Assembly: GCA_012862495.1 (NCBI GenBank) | Contig: BLSG01000092.1 | Coordinates: 101,776 to 137,260, forward strand | Direction: 5' to 3' | DNA length: 35,485 nucleotides | From: Thraustochytrium aureum | Lineage: Eukaryota | Shown here: positions 22,306-34,203 of the stretch, in pieces | Position numbering within the stretch: position 1 is the stretch's first letter | Layout: the number at the start of each line of letters is the position of its first letter | Translations under genes and position numbers: made by a program | The notes under the pieces: model-generated | Seen by the model: only the letters and a program-made list of their open reading frames with translations | The model's database searches: none | Told to the model about the DNA's origin: nothing

Positions 22306-25300
22306 TCAACTTGTGGCCGGGGATGCTTGCGCCGCCACCAGCATCTGCACCAACCTCGTTAGCTCGGTAACTTGCTTAGTAAGGGCTTGGACGTCCTCTG
22401 CGGTTCCCTGCTCATTGGAACGCTTCTTGGCGCCAACTGCGCGCTCTTCGTCAACAACGTCACCATTCCGCTCGCTATCGGGGCGATAACTGGAGTGCAG
22501 AGCAGCCGGCTTCTTCCAATGCTTGATGCCGTCCTTGCCTGTGAGCAGCACATGCGGGTGCCAATACTCGATGTTGAAGGCGTTCTTCTTGGTTAGTTTG
22601 CCATAGACTGCGTGTCTGAGGCTCTCTTCGATTCCCTGCGTGATAATCTCCTCCCAGAGCCTGTCGCTCGCCGACCTGCAGTTTGGGTAGACGTCCGTCA
22701 CGACGGCAATGAGAAGGTTGAGCGTGATCGTGGCAAAGAGAGTAAAGAAAACCGACAGAAAGGCCCCGAGCGACCCTCCCTCGTCGACTTGTTCCATGAT
22801 GCCCCAGGTCTCCACAAAGGGCGTGAGGAAGAGCGACTCAAAGGTGGCCAACGTCGTCGAAAAGCCGGTACATTGGCCCCAAATCCGACATGGAACGTCA
22901 GGGCGAGCAAAAAGTAGGCGGAAGCCACCACCATGAGGTATATCAGAACCGCTGGGTGCGACATGGTGTTTAGCAGCGCCACGACGACAGGGCCGATGCT
23001 CGGGATCGTCCGAGCCGCATTGAGCAGCGGCAACATCGAGATGAAAAAGTAGACTGCAAAGGTGCGGCGCTCTACCTCCAAGAGTCGGTGCACGTGGCTG
23101 AGCTTGGTGACCTCGCTCGTCACGTAGTCGCGGGCCACGCTTCGTGTGACCTCGTAGATATACATGTCCAGCACGAGGATACCCACGAGCAACAGCGCGG
23201 TGAGCCAATCGGCAGGTTTGCCGCGGTTGCGGTTCCTTCTGGAGAGCCAGCCGCGAAGCTTGGAAAAGCAAAACGCCATCACGATCACAGTGAGGACGAG
23301 CTGAAACGTGCGCGAGGGGGGGAAGCGCCCATACCCGAGCCGAAAGGGCAAAACCCTCACCGTAATCGTGGGCACCCCAACAAATGACGAGACAAAGTTG
23401 ACCTGGGCCACCCCGTACACCTCAAGGAAGGGGTTGTAGAGGTTGAACTCCAGGTCGAGTTGCTGCACGCCGCCGTTTTCAAGCAAGCTCTGCGAAAAGG
23501 CGTCCATATCGGTCAAGTTTGACGCTCGCTTCACCACAAACGTGGTCACGTTTGGGCTGAGGTCCATGTCCACCTCTGCGTCAACGTCGGCGTAGTCGTC
23601 GCGAAGTGCGTAGTGCGTGTGCGCCTCGAGCGTCAGGCCGCCAAACACCAGGTTGCGCCCCAGGAGTGTCGTGCGGTTGTGCTTGAGCGCGAATTTGCCC
23701 TCCACCAAGCCGTGCTCTAGCCAGCCGAGAAACGAAGCAGGGTCCTCGATCGCCTGTGTGGACTCGCTCAGGTGGTTTGACATGCGCTCGGCCCATTCGC
23801 GCTCTGCGGCGAGGTTGTAGTCGGGCGCGAGCTGGACCACAAAGATAAAGCTCAGGATCATGGCGAGCAAGAGCGAGGTTTCGCGCACAAACATTTTGAT
23901 CGCGCACTTTCTGCGCCAGGCGCGCACTTTGGCGCTCTCATTGAGGACGGCAACCATGCGCGAGGCATGCGTGCGCTCCAACTCGGCCTTTTCAAGCAGC
24001 TCATCGAGTTCACGCGTGCTTGCGTGGACCTGCTTGTCGTCGTTGCGGTGAAACCCGAAAAAGTTGGTCAGCCTGCTGTCAGCCCTTCCCATGAGCTTTA
24101 GCCGCTTGCCGAGGATGTGCCCCCCCCCTCGGTGCTTTGCGTTGCCTTGGCTGAGGCCCGCCTTGGCCTCACCAGGCCCATCGAGTGCGCCGGGCGGGGC
24201 GGCCTGGTGGCCGCCAGAGGCAGCCTCGTTCACGTCAACGCCCTCCTCGTCCGTAAAGTACGCCAGGCCAGATCCTTGGCGCCCAGACGCAAAGCGCGGG
24301 GCATTTCCGGGNNNNNNNNNNNNNNNNNNNNNNNNNNNNNNNNNNNNNNNNNNNNNNNNNNNNNNNNNNNNNNNNNNNNNNNNNNNNNNNNNNNNNNNNN
24401 NNNNNNNNNNNNNNNNNNNNNNNNNNNNNNNNNNNNNNNNNNNNNNNNNNNNNNNNNNNNNNNNNNNNNNNNNNNNNNNNNNNNNNNNNNNNNNNNNNNN
24501 NNNNNNNNNNNNNNNNNNNNNNNNNNNNNNNNNNNNNNNNNNNNNNNNNNNNNNNNNNNNNNNNNNNNNNNNNNNNNNNNNNNNNNNNNNNNNNNGATCC
24601 ATGTCGAAGAGGACGCGTCGGCTGATCTGCTCCTGCAGGTATTGCACCTTCTCCGTCAGCTCGATATGCCTGAACAGAGCGCGAACGTAGGGACTAAACA
24701 TGCTGCCCCGCGTCCGGTTCCCGTCGGCCTGCATTGGGTTTCCGCCGTGCTTGATGAGCATCGCCACAACAGCGATATTGTTGGAGCGCACTGCCAGCGA
24801 GAGGGGCGAATAGTCGCCCAACTTGAGGTCGCTCAGGTTGTCGGTGACGTGGCGCGCTGCTTCGGAGGCGCCAATTTGCGTCCCGTCCGAGTTGGCGCTC
24901 ATGAGACTAAAGCGCGGCGTGCTGGCGTCGCTGCGACCCGCCGAGCCGCGCGGGGGACCGAGGCGTCTCAGAGAGCCCCGTTGCTGGAGCCGTGAGCTGG
25001 GCGTTTGAAAGGTCCAGCGGATTGATCTTGGCAAAGGTCCGCTTGGAGACCGAAGCCTGGACGAAACTGCGAAGCAAGCCGATGGGGCGGATCCCAGGCG
25101 CTGGGTTTGACTTTGACGCGTCGCGCGGGCTCGTCCTGCTTCGCGGCTCCTCGGTGGGCGAGAATGCCTCGCCCTTGCTTAGAAACCCGAGAATGTTCGA
25201 GTTGAGGTCGACAATCTCGTTCGTCTGGTGCTCCTGCTGCAGCCGCTCGGTGAGGTATCTGCACACCTCGTCGTGGCCTTGCATTGCCGCATGGTGGAGC

Positions 25301-28300
25301 GGCGTGAACCCCATATTGTCGTTGACGAGGATGCGCGCAGAGTTTTGCACGAGTTCCTGGCAGAGACGAAGGTTGCCCAGGTAGGCGCACATAGAGAGCG
25401 GAGTGAGCCCGTTGATGTCGCGGATCTCCACGTTGGCCCCCAGGTGAAGCAGCCGGCGCGCAGTCTCAAAGTGGCCGCGCTTGATTGCGATGTACAGCGG
25501 AGTGTGCCCAAACTCGTCGATCGCGTTCAAGTTGGCGCCAGCGTGCATGCTTGTCCGCTTGCTGAGGAGGATGTTGACAGAGTTGATCTGCCCGCGGCGC
25601 ACAGCCGCAAAGAGGTACTGGTTGAACAATTTGCGCCGGATGTGCTTGAGCTGCCGGAAGGCAAAGTTGCGCTTTGCTTGGCCATCAAGGGAGGTTCGCC
25701 GCGGCGCTACTGCCAAAAGCTGCGAAGGGTCCTCGTCGGGCTCCTCCGCGATCGTCTCCCGTGCACGCCGAGGCTGCAGCTGGGTGCCACGGCCTTGCCC
25801 CGAGCGGGCCGGTTCCAGCGCCGAGTCCACTGTCTGCAGTTGGGGCGACTTGGGCGGGGGCGGGATCACCTCCCATCCAAAGTGCAGGATAGCTTTCAGC
25901 GTCTCTTCTGCGCCGAGCAAGAGCTGCGCCTTTTCATGCTTGTCCAAGACGTCGTACGGAACGAGCGACGAATTTAGCTTGAGGCCCTTTTTGATGTTGC
26001 GCGCCGGCGCGTACCTGAACCCTTGGCGGATCTTCTCGCTCGCCCACACCTCGTGGCTGTTTGCCGCCAACATGTTGACAAGTTTGGTCAGCTCGGGAGG
26101 AACGGGCACGGCAGACGTTTGGATAGTGGTGCACTCTGGGAGCTCGGGGCGCCAAGCGATCTCGGCGTACTTTGCCCCTGAGGGGCCTCCGCGGCCCTCT
26201 TCGCCCCCGCTCGGCCCGCTGCCGCTCCGCCGCCGTGGCGTCGAGCTGTTGTTAGTGTTGGCCATGAGCATAGCCACGACGCTCTCCCGCTTTTGCTTGT
26301 TGAGGTCAGCGACCTTGGTCAGCAGACTGGTCGGCGAAGCCTCGCCGCGGTCCTTTTGCTCCTCTTCCAAGACAAGGGGGCTTGCTGGAGCAGGGACGCC
26401 AGGGAGTGCGCCTAGCGGCGGGGGCGACATCGAGGCGCGCTGGCCGGGCCGTTGCAGCTCGTAGCCGAGCGCCACGATCACCTTGATGGTCTCGCTGGCC
26501 ATGTCGAGGTTGTACTTGGTGCCCTCGTACGAAAGCGAGCTGAACGGGAGCAAATGCGGGTGGAGCTTGGCCTCTTCGTCCTTGTCGCGCCCGTACGCCC
26601 ACCCTTCGTCAATCTTGGACTTGGCCCACACATTGTGATTGTTTCGAGCGATCATCGTGCACAACTGCGCCACGCTGTTCGCGATGACCACCGCCGAGGT
26701 GCTGATCGGATTGGGCAGAAACCGGTACCCCTCGAGCTCGCGCGTGTCGGTTGCAGGCGTTGCGCAGCACCTGTCCCGGTTGCACTCGCAGTGCGTGTTG
26801 ATGCTCCCGCAAAACGTCCAGCCCTTGTCAGGGTTGTGCTCGCGGTCCAGCGGCGAGAGGTGCTTGCGACACGACTGCTCGCCATGGCACCGGTCCTTGC
26901 AGACGAGACAGACGCTTTGGCCGCAAAACTCGCACTTGTACAAGAACTGCGTCACCGTGTTGTTGTAGCTCGCAAAAGAAAACGTGCACGTCTCGGGGTG
27001 CTCCATGCGCTGCGTCATTTCCACGAGGGTGTCGTCGATCGTGATACCGTTCTCGTCGGCAAAGTTGAGGATGCTCTCGCACGCCTCCACGTCGCCCATC
27101 AATCAAGGCGTGCAAGANNNNNNNNNNNNNNNNNNNNNNNNNNNNNNNNNNNNNNNNNNNNNNNNNNNNNNNNNNNNNNNNNNNNNNNNNNNNNNNNNNN
27201 NNNNNNNNNNNNNNNNNNNNNNNNNNNNNNNNNNNNNNNNNNNNNNNNNNNNNNNNNNNNNNNNNNNNNNNNNNNNNNNNNNNNNNNNNNNNNNNNNNNN
27301 NNNNNNNNNNNNNNNNNNNNNNNNNNNNNNNNNNNNNNNNNNNNNNNNNNNNNNNNNNNNNNNNNNNNNNNNNNNNNNNNNNNNNNNNNNNNNNNNNNNN
27401 NNNAGGTCGAGCTCGGTGTCGTTGGTGGTCCGCACGGGGAACGTTGACGCGTATTTTGTGCCGCAAGCCCTTTTTTCAGGACCGCGCTCAGCAAGAGCTT
27501 TTTCTTGTGCCCGTTGGAGACGGGCTGGTGGCTGTCCAGCACTGCGCGAACCACTTCGGACTTGCCATTGAAGGCAGCAAGGTGCAGGAATGTGACGCCA
27601 GAGTTGGTGATGGAGTTGATCGGAAGCTGCGCCACGTTTTCGTACCCGTCGAGGCAGCGGCTCCAGTCCACGCCTGCAAAGCAACCCGACTTTGCCGCAA
27701 AGTGCAGGCTGTTCCAGGCCTCGCTATCGCGCTGTGCGAGCAGGGCGAGGCGGTCTTCAACGTCCCGCTGCGAGCGAAGAATGACCTCGACTGTGGCGGC
27801 GTGCTCTTGCGAGTCGCTCATGCAGGCAAACATCACGGCGGTCTTTCCGTACGTCGACTGGGTCTGAAGCAGCGACATTGAGGGCTCGTAGGAAAGCAGC
27901 ATTTCGACGCAGTCGCAGTCTCCGTCTCGCGCGGCGTACATGAGTGCCGTTTTTCGAGACTGGCGCGTCTGGCCGTACAAGAGCTCGCGCTGCTGCTCTT
28001 CCGTGGCGGCATCTAGAATCATCTCGATCATCTGCAGGCGCACGTGCCGTTTCTTGCACGAAATAGCCAGAATGACGGCGTTCTCGTCCTTTTTCGTTCG
28101 CGCGCAAAGGTCGAGGGCGCCTTTGGCATGCTCAAGGAGCAGCTCGAGGATGTCCACATTGCCAGTCTCGCAGCAGGCGTGCAAGGCGTTTTTGCAGCTC
28201 CATGAGCACAGCTCGTTGATCGAGCCCTGCGCGATGAGGGCGTCCAGCTTGGCCCGGTCAAACGTCATCGCGGAGAACACGAGCGACTCGTACAGGTCGT

Positions 28301-29063
28301 CGACGTCTTCGAAGATCGCGTCTGTCCAGCCAACTGCGCGCCGTGTGAGCTGCAGGCTGCCGTTGATGGTCAGTTTGCGGTCCTCCAACGAGCCGATTTC
28401 GGGCCCGTCCGAGCGCACGACGTGGATCTTCTCAAACTCGAATTTCTTCAGCGCGCCCGCGACGCTGTCGTCTTGGATGCCACGGCAGCCGTCCTCCACG
28501 AAAAAGACTTCGACCCCTTGCATCAGGATCTTGGCGTCCAGCACGGTGTATTGGACGCAAAAGTCTGTGGCCAGTCCGACGGCGTAGATTTCGGTGACTT
28601 TGTTCTCCTCCAGAAGGTCGCGCATCTCCGTGAGCTGCGAGCTCCCGTTGTCCTTGAATACTGAATAGCTGTCGCGTTGCGGGTTGCAGCCCGCGTAGGT
28701 CCAGATGTCGCTGGTTTCGGTCAGCAGGTCTTTGTGCAGCTCGGCGCCGCGAGTCCCTTGCACGCAGTGGTCGGGCCACATGATCTGTGCGTCGCCGGTC
28801 GTAGGGAGGTGGATAACCTGGAACACGGCTGACCCGGGGTTGTTGGTCCTGAACGAGCAGTGGTTGCACGGGTGCCAGTCCAAACACATGTAAATGTAGT
28901 CGAACGCCTTGCCGCGCAGCCGGTTGATCACGGGGATGATCGCCTCTGCGTTCGGCACGGCCAGGCTGCCGTCAATAAAGTCATTCTGCACGTCGATGAT
29001 CAGCAGGGCGCGTACAGGCTCCCTCTGCTGGGCTCCTTTGCCGTTCTGTGGCAAGCCGGCCAT
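22306..29063 (-). CDS. Large multidomain cation channel: nicotinamidase-like + ankyrin repeats + UBR-like Zn finger + 2 RyR domains + ankyrin repeats + polycystin (PKD2/TRPP-like) channel; PKDRR-like
   Basis: PncA motifs IIDVQNDF, LDWHP, WPDHCVQGT and GLATDFCV. Ankyrins (KTALMYAA, HTPLYIA, FTPLHHAA). Cys/His finger (YKCEFC..VCLVCKDRCH..HCEC). Two RyR domains (IARNNHNVWAKSKIDEGWAYG..HPHLLPF; LAANSHEVWASEKIRQGFRY..LVPYDVL). PKD-type FNLYNP and S6 LNLLIAVVTDVY. Joined across two gaps and about four apparent frameshifts, so the single-gene model is inferred. Confidence 0.8.
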
Positions 29064-29426
29064 GTCGCTCGCCGTTGGGGGGACGGGAAACCCGCACCTG
29101 GCCCGCTGCGGCGCGCAAGCCGAAGCGACTTGCGCAGTCGCAGCGCCAGGATGTGCCTCGAGACCAAAGGCCAAAACCCAGCGAGGTCGATGCGCCCCGA
29201 ACACCTCGCGCGCTCGCCTTGCGTGTCTGCCTGCTCACCGCCAAGTCGAAAATTTACCGTTACAGAAACAATTCTGTTATGGAATATCAATACTCGGTGT
29301 CTGTTCTGGTTGATCTCAATCAAGAGAACAGAAAAGCCTCAAGAGAACAGAAAAGCGTTGAATCTGCCTTCTTTGCTTTTATCGCGAGCAGAATCCTCCC
29401 TCGAGATGCAGGTACGTATGGCTAAG

Positions 29427-29761
29427 CCATCCATCCATGCATCCATGCATGCATGCATCCATCCATCCATCCATGCATGCATGCATGNNNNNNNNNNNNN
29501 NNNNNNNNNNNNNNNNNNNNNNNNNNNNNNNNNNNNNNNNNNNNNNNNNNNNNNNNNNNNNNNNNNNNNNNNNNNNNNNNNNNNNNNNNNNNNNNNNNNN
29601 NNNNNNNNNNNNNNNNNNNNNNNNNNNNNNNNNNNNNNNNNNNNNNNNNNNNNNNNNNNNNNNNNNNNNNNNNNNNNNNNNNNNNNNNNNNNNNNNNNNN
29701 NNNNNNNNNNNNNNNNNNNNNNNNNNNNNNNNNNNNNCCATCCATCCATCCATCCATCCAT
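29427..29761. repeat. (CATC/CATG)n microsatellite flanking an assembly gap
   Basis: ccatccatccatgcatccatgcatgc... before the N-run and ccatccatcc... after it. Confidence 0.85.
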
Positions 29762-29803
29762 CTGTAGAGTACACAAGAGAGCACGGTTGCGGATTCAGGC
29801 CGC

Positions 29804-31774
29804 TCAGACCTCCCCCAAATTCAACGTGCGCCCCGACGCGCCGGATACAGGCCGAAATGTGAAGCGAGGCGTCACGAAACGAAAAATCACGCTCGAGAAA
29901 CGGTTGTACCGCGATGACGGTGGGGGGGCAGGGCTTTCGCGCGGAGACCCCGGCCACGCAACAGGGTTTGCCGCAGGCGCGCGATGCTGATTGTCACGGC
30001 CGTACCCGCTACCTTCAACCTGCCCAGGTGCCGCACTACGCCCGAGCGTCGAGGATGAGGTAATGGACATGCTCGAAAAGGAGTTGTGCGACATGCGCCG
30101 TGCCACCATGACCGCGGTGGGTGGTGGAGCGAGTCCATCGGCAAACTTGCCTTTGCCACCCCCGTAGGGGTTGGAGGAAGCGAGCTCCAGCGCCTCCAGC
30201 GCGGCCATCTCCTTCATTCTTTTCCGCGTGACCAGCAGAACAGCCCCAGCAAGGATGACGCAGACGCCGCCGATGCTCCCCAATCCGATGTACAGATAGT
30301 TGAGGTCATCGCTGCTTCCTTCCGGTTTGGGGTCAGTGTCTGTACCGCCGCCGCCACCAGCATCTCCGCCATCTCCGCCGCTGCCGCCGCCTCCTGGCTC
30401 GCTCGGTCCTGGCGTTGGCTGCAACGGGGAAACTGTCGGTGAAGCGGTCGGCCTTGACGTTATGGGCAGGCGGCTGACAAACATTGACACCACTCCAGGT
30501 GCCTCTGGCGCGTTCTCTCCCTCCCACATCGAAATGCAGCCGACGCCCGAAACGCATGCCAAATCGACGTCAAGCGACTTGAGACCGTTGTGGCCGCCGA
30601 AAGCCTGGGGAGTGCTCCAATTGAGACCTTTGTTCGCCGAAACCGAGAAGGCAGGGGCGTATCCGCCATTCGAGTCGATTTCCCACACCAGCACGCAGTA
30701 CGTATTGTCAAAGCAGGCGATTGCAGACTCGTCCTCGTGAAGTCCGCCAAGCTGAAGCGCGAGGCGTTGCAGCTGCCCGAACGTCTGGCCCCCGTCGGCA
30801 GAATGAGCATACTCGACAAACGGGCGTGACGCTTGGCCAGAAGCAATGTCTTTTGTCCTAGCATCGCATGAAACCGTGCACGCGGACCCATCTTCCACGC
30901 AAGCCACGTCAACCTCGTCGGCCAAGAGCAGGGTGCCGCTTCCTTGCCCACTGAGGTGTTCTGCTGAGCGCTTCAAAGCAGTTGGAGTCGAAAATGTTGC
31001 GCCACGATCTGTTGACCGCACTGTGGCCACGAAAGTCGTGCCATCGCCCGAGTTTGAGGCGTCGCCGTTCACGACAATACCAATCAAACACACAGCGCCG
31101 TACTCGGCGCAAGCAATGCGCGCCTTGTGCACGGCGAAACCGCCGCCTTGCGTCGTCACAGGCTGCGGGGCCACAGCGAAGGTTCGAGCACCGTTGACGG
31201 AGCGCAGCAGAAGCAGCCTCTTGTCCGGAAGCGTTGTGCTCACGACGACGAGGCATGAGAATGCGTCTTTCTGGGGGCCCACCACGCCAGGAATAGCAAA
31301 ACAGGCGATATCGGGCATCCAGAACTTGCCGTGGTCGGCGGCAGCAACGGGAGCGCGCTCTGGGGCGGTCCACTGCTTGCCTGCATTCACCGAGCGCGCC
31401 GTGAATATTTCCTGGTCGTTCTTTGGGCTCCACACGGCGCCGCAGAGTCGCTCGGTGGCGGTCTCAAAGCACGACAGTTTTGGCAACTCGTTGTACACGA
31501 CGTCTGAGGCGAGCACGGAGGCAGCCGACCAGGTCACGCCAAAGTCGTTCGAGGTGCCAAACATGATGTTGCGGTTCGTGGACGATTCCGAAGCCTTCTC
31601 AAACAGCGCGACGCATTCCCCGTTGGAAAAGCAATGGAGCACGGGCTCCTCCAACGTGAGCGTGTTGGGGCCCTCGCGAAACACAATATCGCTCCCCGAG
31701 AAGCCTTCCACGGACCGCCAGAGCCCCGTGGCAGCCACAATCGCGCCAACCAGCGATGCGGCCCGAGGCCTCAT
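29804..31774 (-). CDS. Type I membrane protein with Cys-rich BNR/Asp-box repeats (sialidase-like propeller)
   Basis: Signal peptide MRPRAASLVGAIVAATGLW. Asp boxes SNDFGVTW, SVNAGKQW, SVNGARTF, STDRGATF, SADGGQTF and SANKGLNW. Pro/Thr stalk PTASPTVSP, TM helix YLYIGLGSIGGVCVILAGAVLLV, then a cytoplasmic tail. Confidence 0.85.
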   Translation of the reverse strand: MRPRAASLVGAIVAATGLWRSVEGFSGSDIVFREGPNTLTLEEPVLHCFSNGECVALFEKASESSTNRNIMFGTSNDFGVTWSAASVLASDVVYNELPKLSCFETATERLCGAVWSPKNDQEIFTARSVNAGKQWTAPERAPVAAADHGKFWMPDIACFAIPGVVGPQKDAFSCLVVVSTTLPDKRLLLLRSVNGARTFAVAPQPVTTQGGGFAVHKARIACAEYGAVCLIGIVVNGDASNSGDGTTFVATVRSTDRGATFSTPTALKRSAEHLSGQGSGTLLLADEVDVACVEDGSACTVSCDARTKDIASGQASRPFVEYAHSADGGQTFGQLQRLALQLGGLHEDESAIACFDNTYCVLVWEIDSNGGYAPAFSVSANKGLNWSTPQAFGGHNGLKSLDVDLACVSGVGCISMWEGENAPEAPGVVSMFVSRLPITSRPTASPTVSPLQPTPGPSEPGGGGSGGDGGDAGGGGGTDTDPKPEGSSDDLNYLYIGLGSIGGVCVILAGAVLLVTRKRMKEMAALEALELASSNPYGGGKGKFADGLAPPPTAVMVARRMSHNSFSSMSITSSSTLGRSAAPGQVEGSGYGRDNQHRAPAANPVAWPGSPRESPAPPPSSRYNRFSSVIFRFVTPRFTFRPVSGASGRTLNLGEV

Positions 31775-32852
31775 CGTCAGGTGCCTTCTGCTCTCGCGTC
31801 CGCGCCTTCCGCCTCGGATGCGCGACGGCGCGGCCAGAGACGAAAGGGAACTGCCTGTGTGGCCTACGCGTTCGGCGACCGCGCACACCCTGCATGCGCT
31901 TGGCGTGGGCGAGTGCCGTCGGCCCATGCCAGCCACTGGCATGCCAAAGAGAGAGAGCTGCGGCGTCGTGAAATCTCAAACGAGCGCCCTCTGGCACTCG
32001 CTGGTTGCTGGGCGAGGCGTGGAGGCCTGCCCGAGTAGCCGCGTTGTCGGTCGGTCCTGCCTTGCGGGTCGAAATGAAGGAGCGTGGGCCTTCTGGAAAG
32101 CAGGACGAGGTGCCACCGCGTACGGTACTCTGCCANNNNNNNNNNNNNNNNNNNNNNNNNNNNNNNNNNNNNNNNNNNNNNNNNNNNNNNNNNNNNNNNN
32201 NNNNNNNNNNNNNNNNNNNNNNNNNNNNNNNNNNNNNNNNNNNNNNNNNNNNNNNNNNNNNNNNNNNNNNNNNNNNNNNNNNNNNNNNNNNNNNNNNNNN
32301 NNNNNNNNNNNNNNNNNNNNNNNNNNNNNNNNNNNNNNNNNNNNNNNNNNNNNNNNNNNNNNNNNNNNNNNNNNNNNNNNNNNNNNNNNNNNNNNNNNNA
32401 GTAGGAGCCTACTCGAGCTACTCTCGAGTAAGCAGCTGAGTATGTCCGCCAGAAGACCTGGGTGCTCCGTTCACGGTTGGTCTGGCGTGCGACCAATTTG
32501 TGCACGTGGACGCGTTGATTGATTGAGCACCGGTCCAAAAGACTGCAGGCTCGGAGCAACCGGTTTCGCCGTCAATGAACCGTTCAGTGTGGATTTGGCG
32601 TTTCCACGTCGCGAGGCCGAATGGCACGGGGAGTCAACACTGGCCGAAACGAGCTTCGCGCAAGACGCACTGGTTTGTGTTTCTGGTCGGCTCGGCACGC
32701 TGGCGAAGAAGCGAGCGACGAACTTCAAGAAAGAAGAAAAGCAAACCAAACGACACGCGATTTACCACCTTCTGTTCTGATTCTCATGAGGCTGAGGTCG
32801 AGCCCCTTCGCGGTTCGCAGGAACGACTTTCGCTCGCGACGAAGAAAACAGT

Positions 32853-33070
32853 ACGACAACCATCGCAACTCGTTGTGCGCGACGCCAGAGACGAGCACGG
32901 AGGCAGCTGACCAGGACACGCCAAAGTCGCTCGCGGGACCAAACATGAAATACAGTTCGCACGCTGTACCGAGTCCTCTCTTTTTGCAGCCCCCGCGACG
33001 CCGTGAGCGCGCTGAGCCCGCGCGAAGCACTTTCTCGCTTCCCGTCTACGGACCGCCAGAGCTGCATGGC
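32853..33070 (-). pseudogene. Decayed partial duplicate of the 5' region of the adjacent BNR gene
   Basis: 32853-32948 aligns without gaps to 31471-31566 (80/96 by hand count; MFGPASDFGVSWSAASVL vs MFGTSNDFGVTWSAASVL). ACGGACCGCCAGAGC recurs at ~33048 and ~31710, but in a different frame and with shorter spacing. Confidence 0.75.
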
Positions 33071-34203
33071 TGCGACGATAATGCAGCAAAGGTCCCTTGG
33101 CAGTGGCTCCCCCGTCGCTCCACCATGCTTGCTCTAGCGACCCCAGTTTTATGGGTTTGACAATCGCGAGGCAATCGAGGACTGCCTTTCGCTTATTCGA
33201 TGTGTCAGGTTCGAGCTGCGGCCCGCGTCGGGCGAACGACAAGAGAAAAGCAGGTATTCGTGCTCGACGCGTCCCTGCGGTAGCCGAGGTTGAGATTGTC
33301 AGCCTGCAAAACCCGCAGCTTGCCTTCTCGTTGTTGGAAGCGAGCATCCCAATCCTGCCGCAGCATCTTCTCATCGCCCATGCAAGCNNNNNNNNNNNNN
33401 NNNNNNNNNNNNNNNNNNNNNNNNNNNNNNNNNNNNNNNNNNNNNNNNNNNNNNNNNNNNNNNNNNNNNNNNNNNNNNNNNNNNNNNNNNNNNNNNNNNN
33501 NNNNNNNNNNNNNNNNNNNNNNNNNNNNNNNNNNNNNNNNNNNNNNNNNNNNNNNNNNNNNNNNNNNNNNNNNNNNNNNNNNNNNNNNNNNNNNNNNNNN
33601 NNNNNNNNNNNNNNNNNNNNNNNNNNNNNNNNNNNNNNNNNNNNNNNNNNNNNNNNNNNNNNNNNNNNNNNNNNNNNNNNNNNNNNNNNNNNNNNNNNNN
33701 NNNNNNNNNNNNNNNNNNNNNNNNNNNNNNNNNNNNNNNNNNNNNNNNNNNNNNNNNNNNNNNNNNNNNNNNNNNNNNNNNNNNNNNNNNNNNNNNNNNN
33801 NNNNNNNNNNNNNNNNNNNNNNNNNNNNNNNNNNNNNNNNNNNNNNNNNNNNNNNNNNNNNNNNNNNNNNNNNNNNNNNNNNNNNNNNNNNNNNNNNNNN
33901 NNNNNNNNNNNNNNNNNNNNNNNNNNNNNNNNNNNNNNNNNNNNNNNNNNNNNNNNNNNNNNNNNNNNNNNNNNNNNNNNNNNNNNNNNNNNNNNNNNNN
34001 NNNNNNNNNNNNNNNNNNNNNNNNNNNNNNNNNNNNNNNNNNNNNNNNNNNNNNNNNNNNNNNNNNNNNNNNNNNNNNNNNNNNNNNNNNNNNNNNNNNN
34101 NNNNNNNNNNNNNNNNNNNNNNNNNNNNNNNNNNNNNNNNNNNNNNNNNNNNNNNNNNNNNNNNNNNNNNNNNNNNNNNNNNNNNNNNNNNNNNNNNNNN
34201 NNN

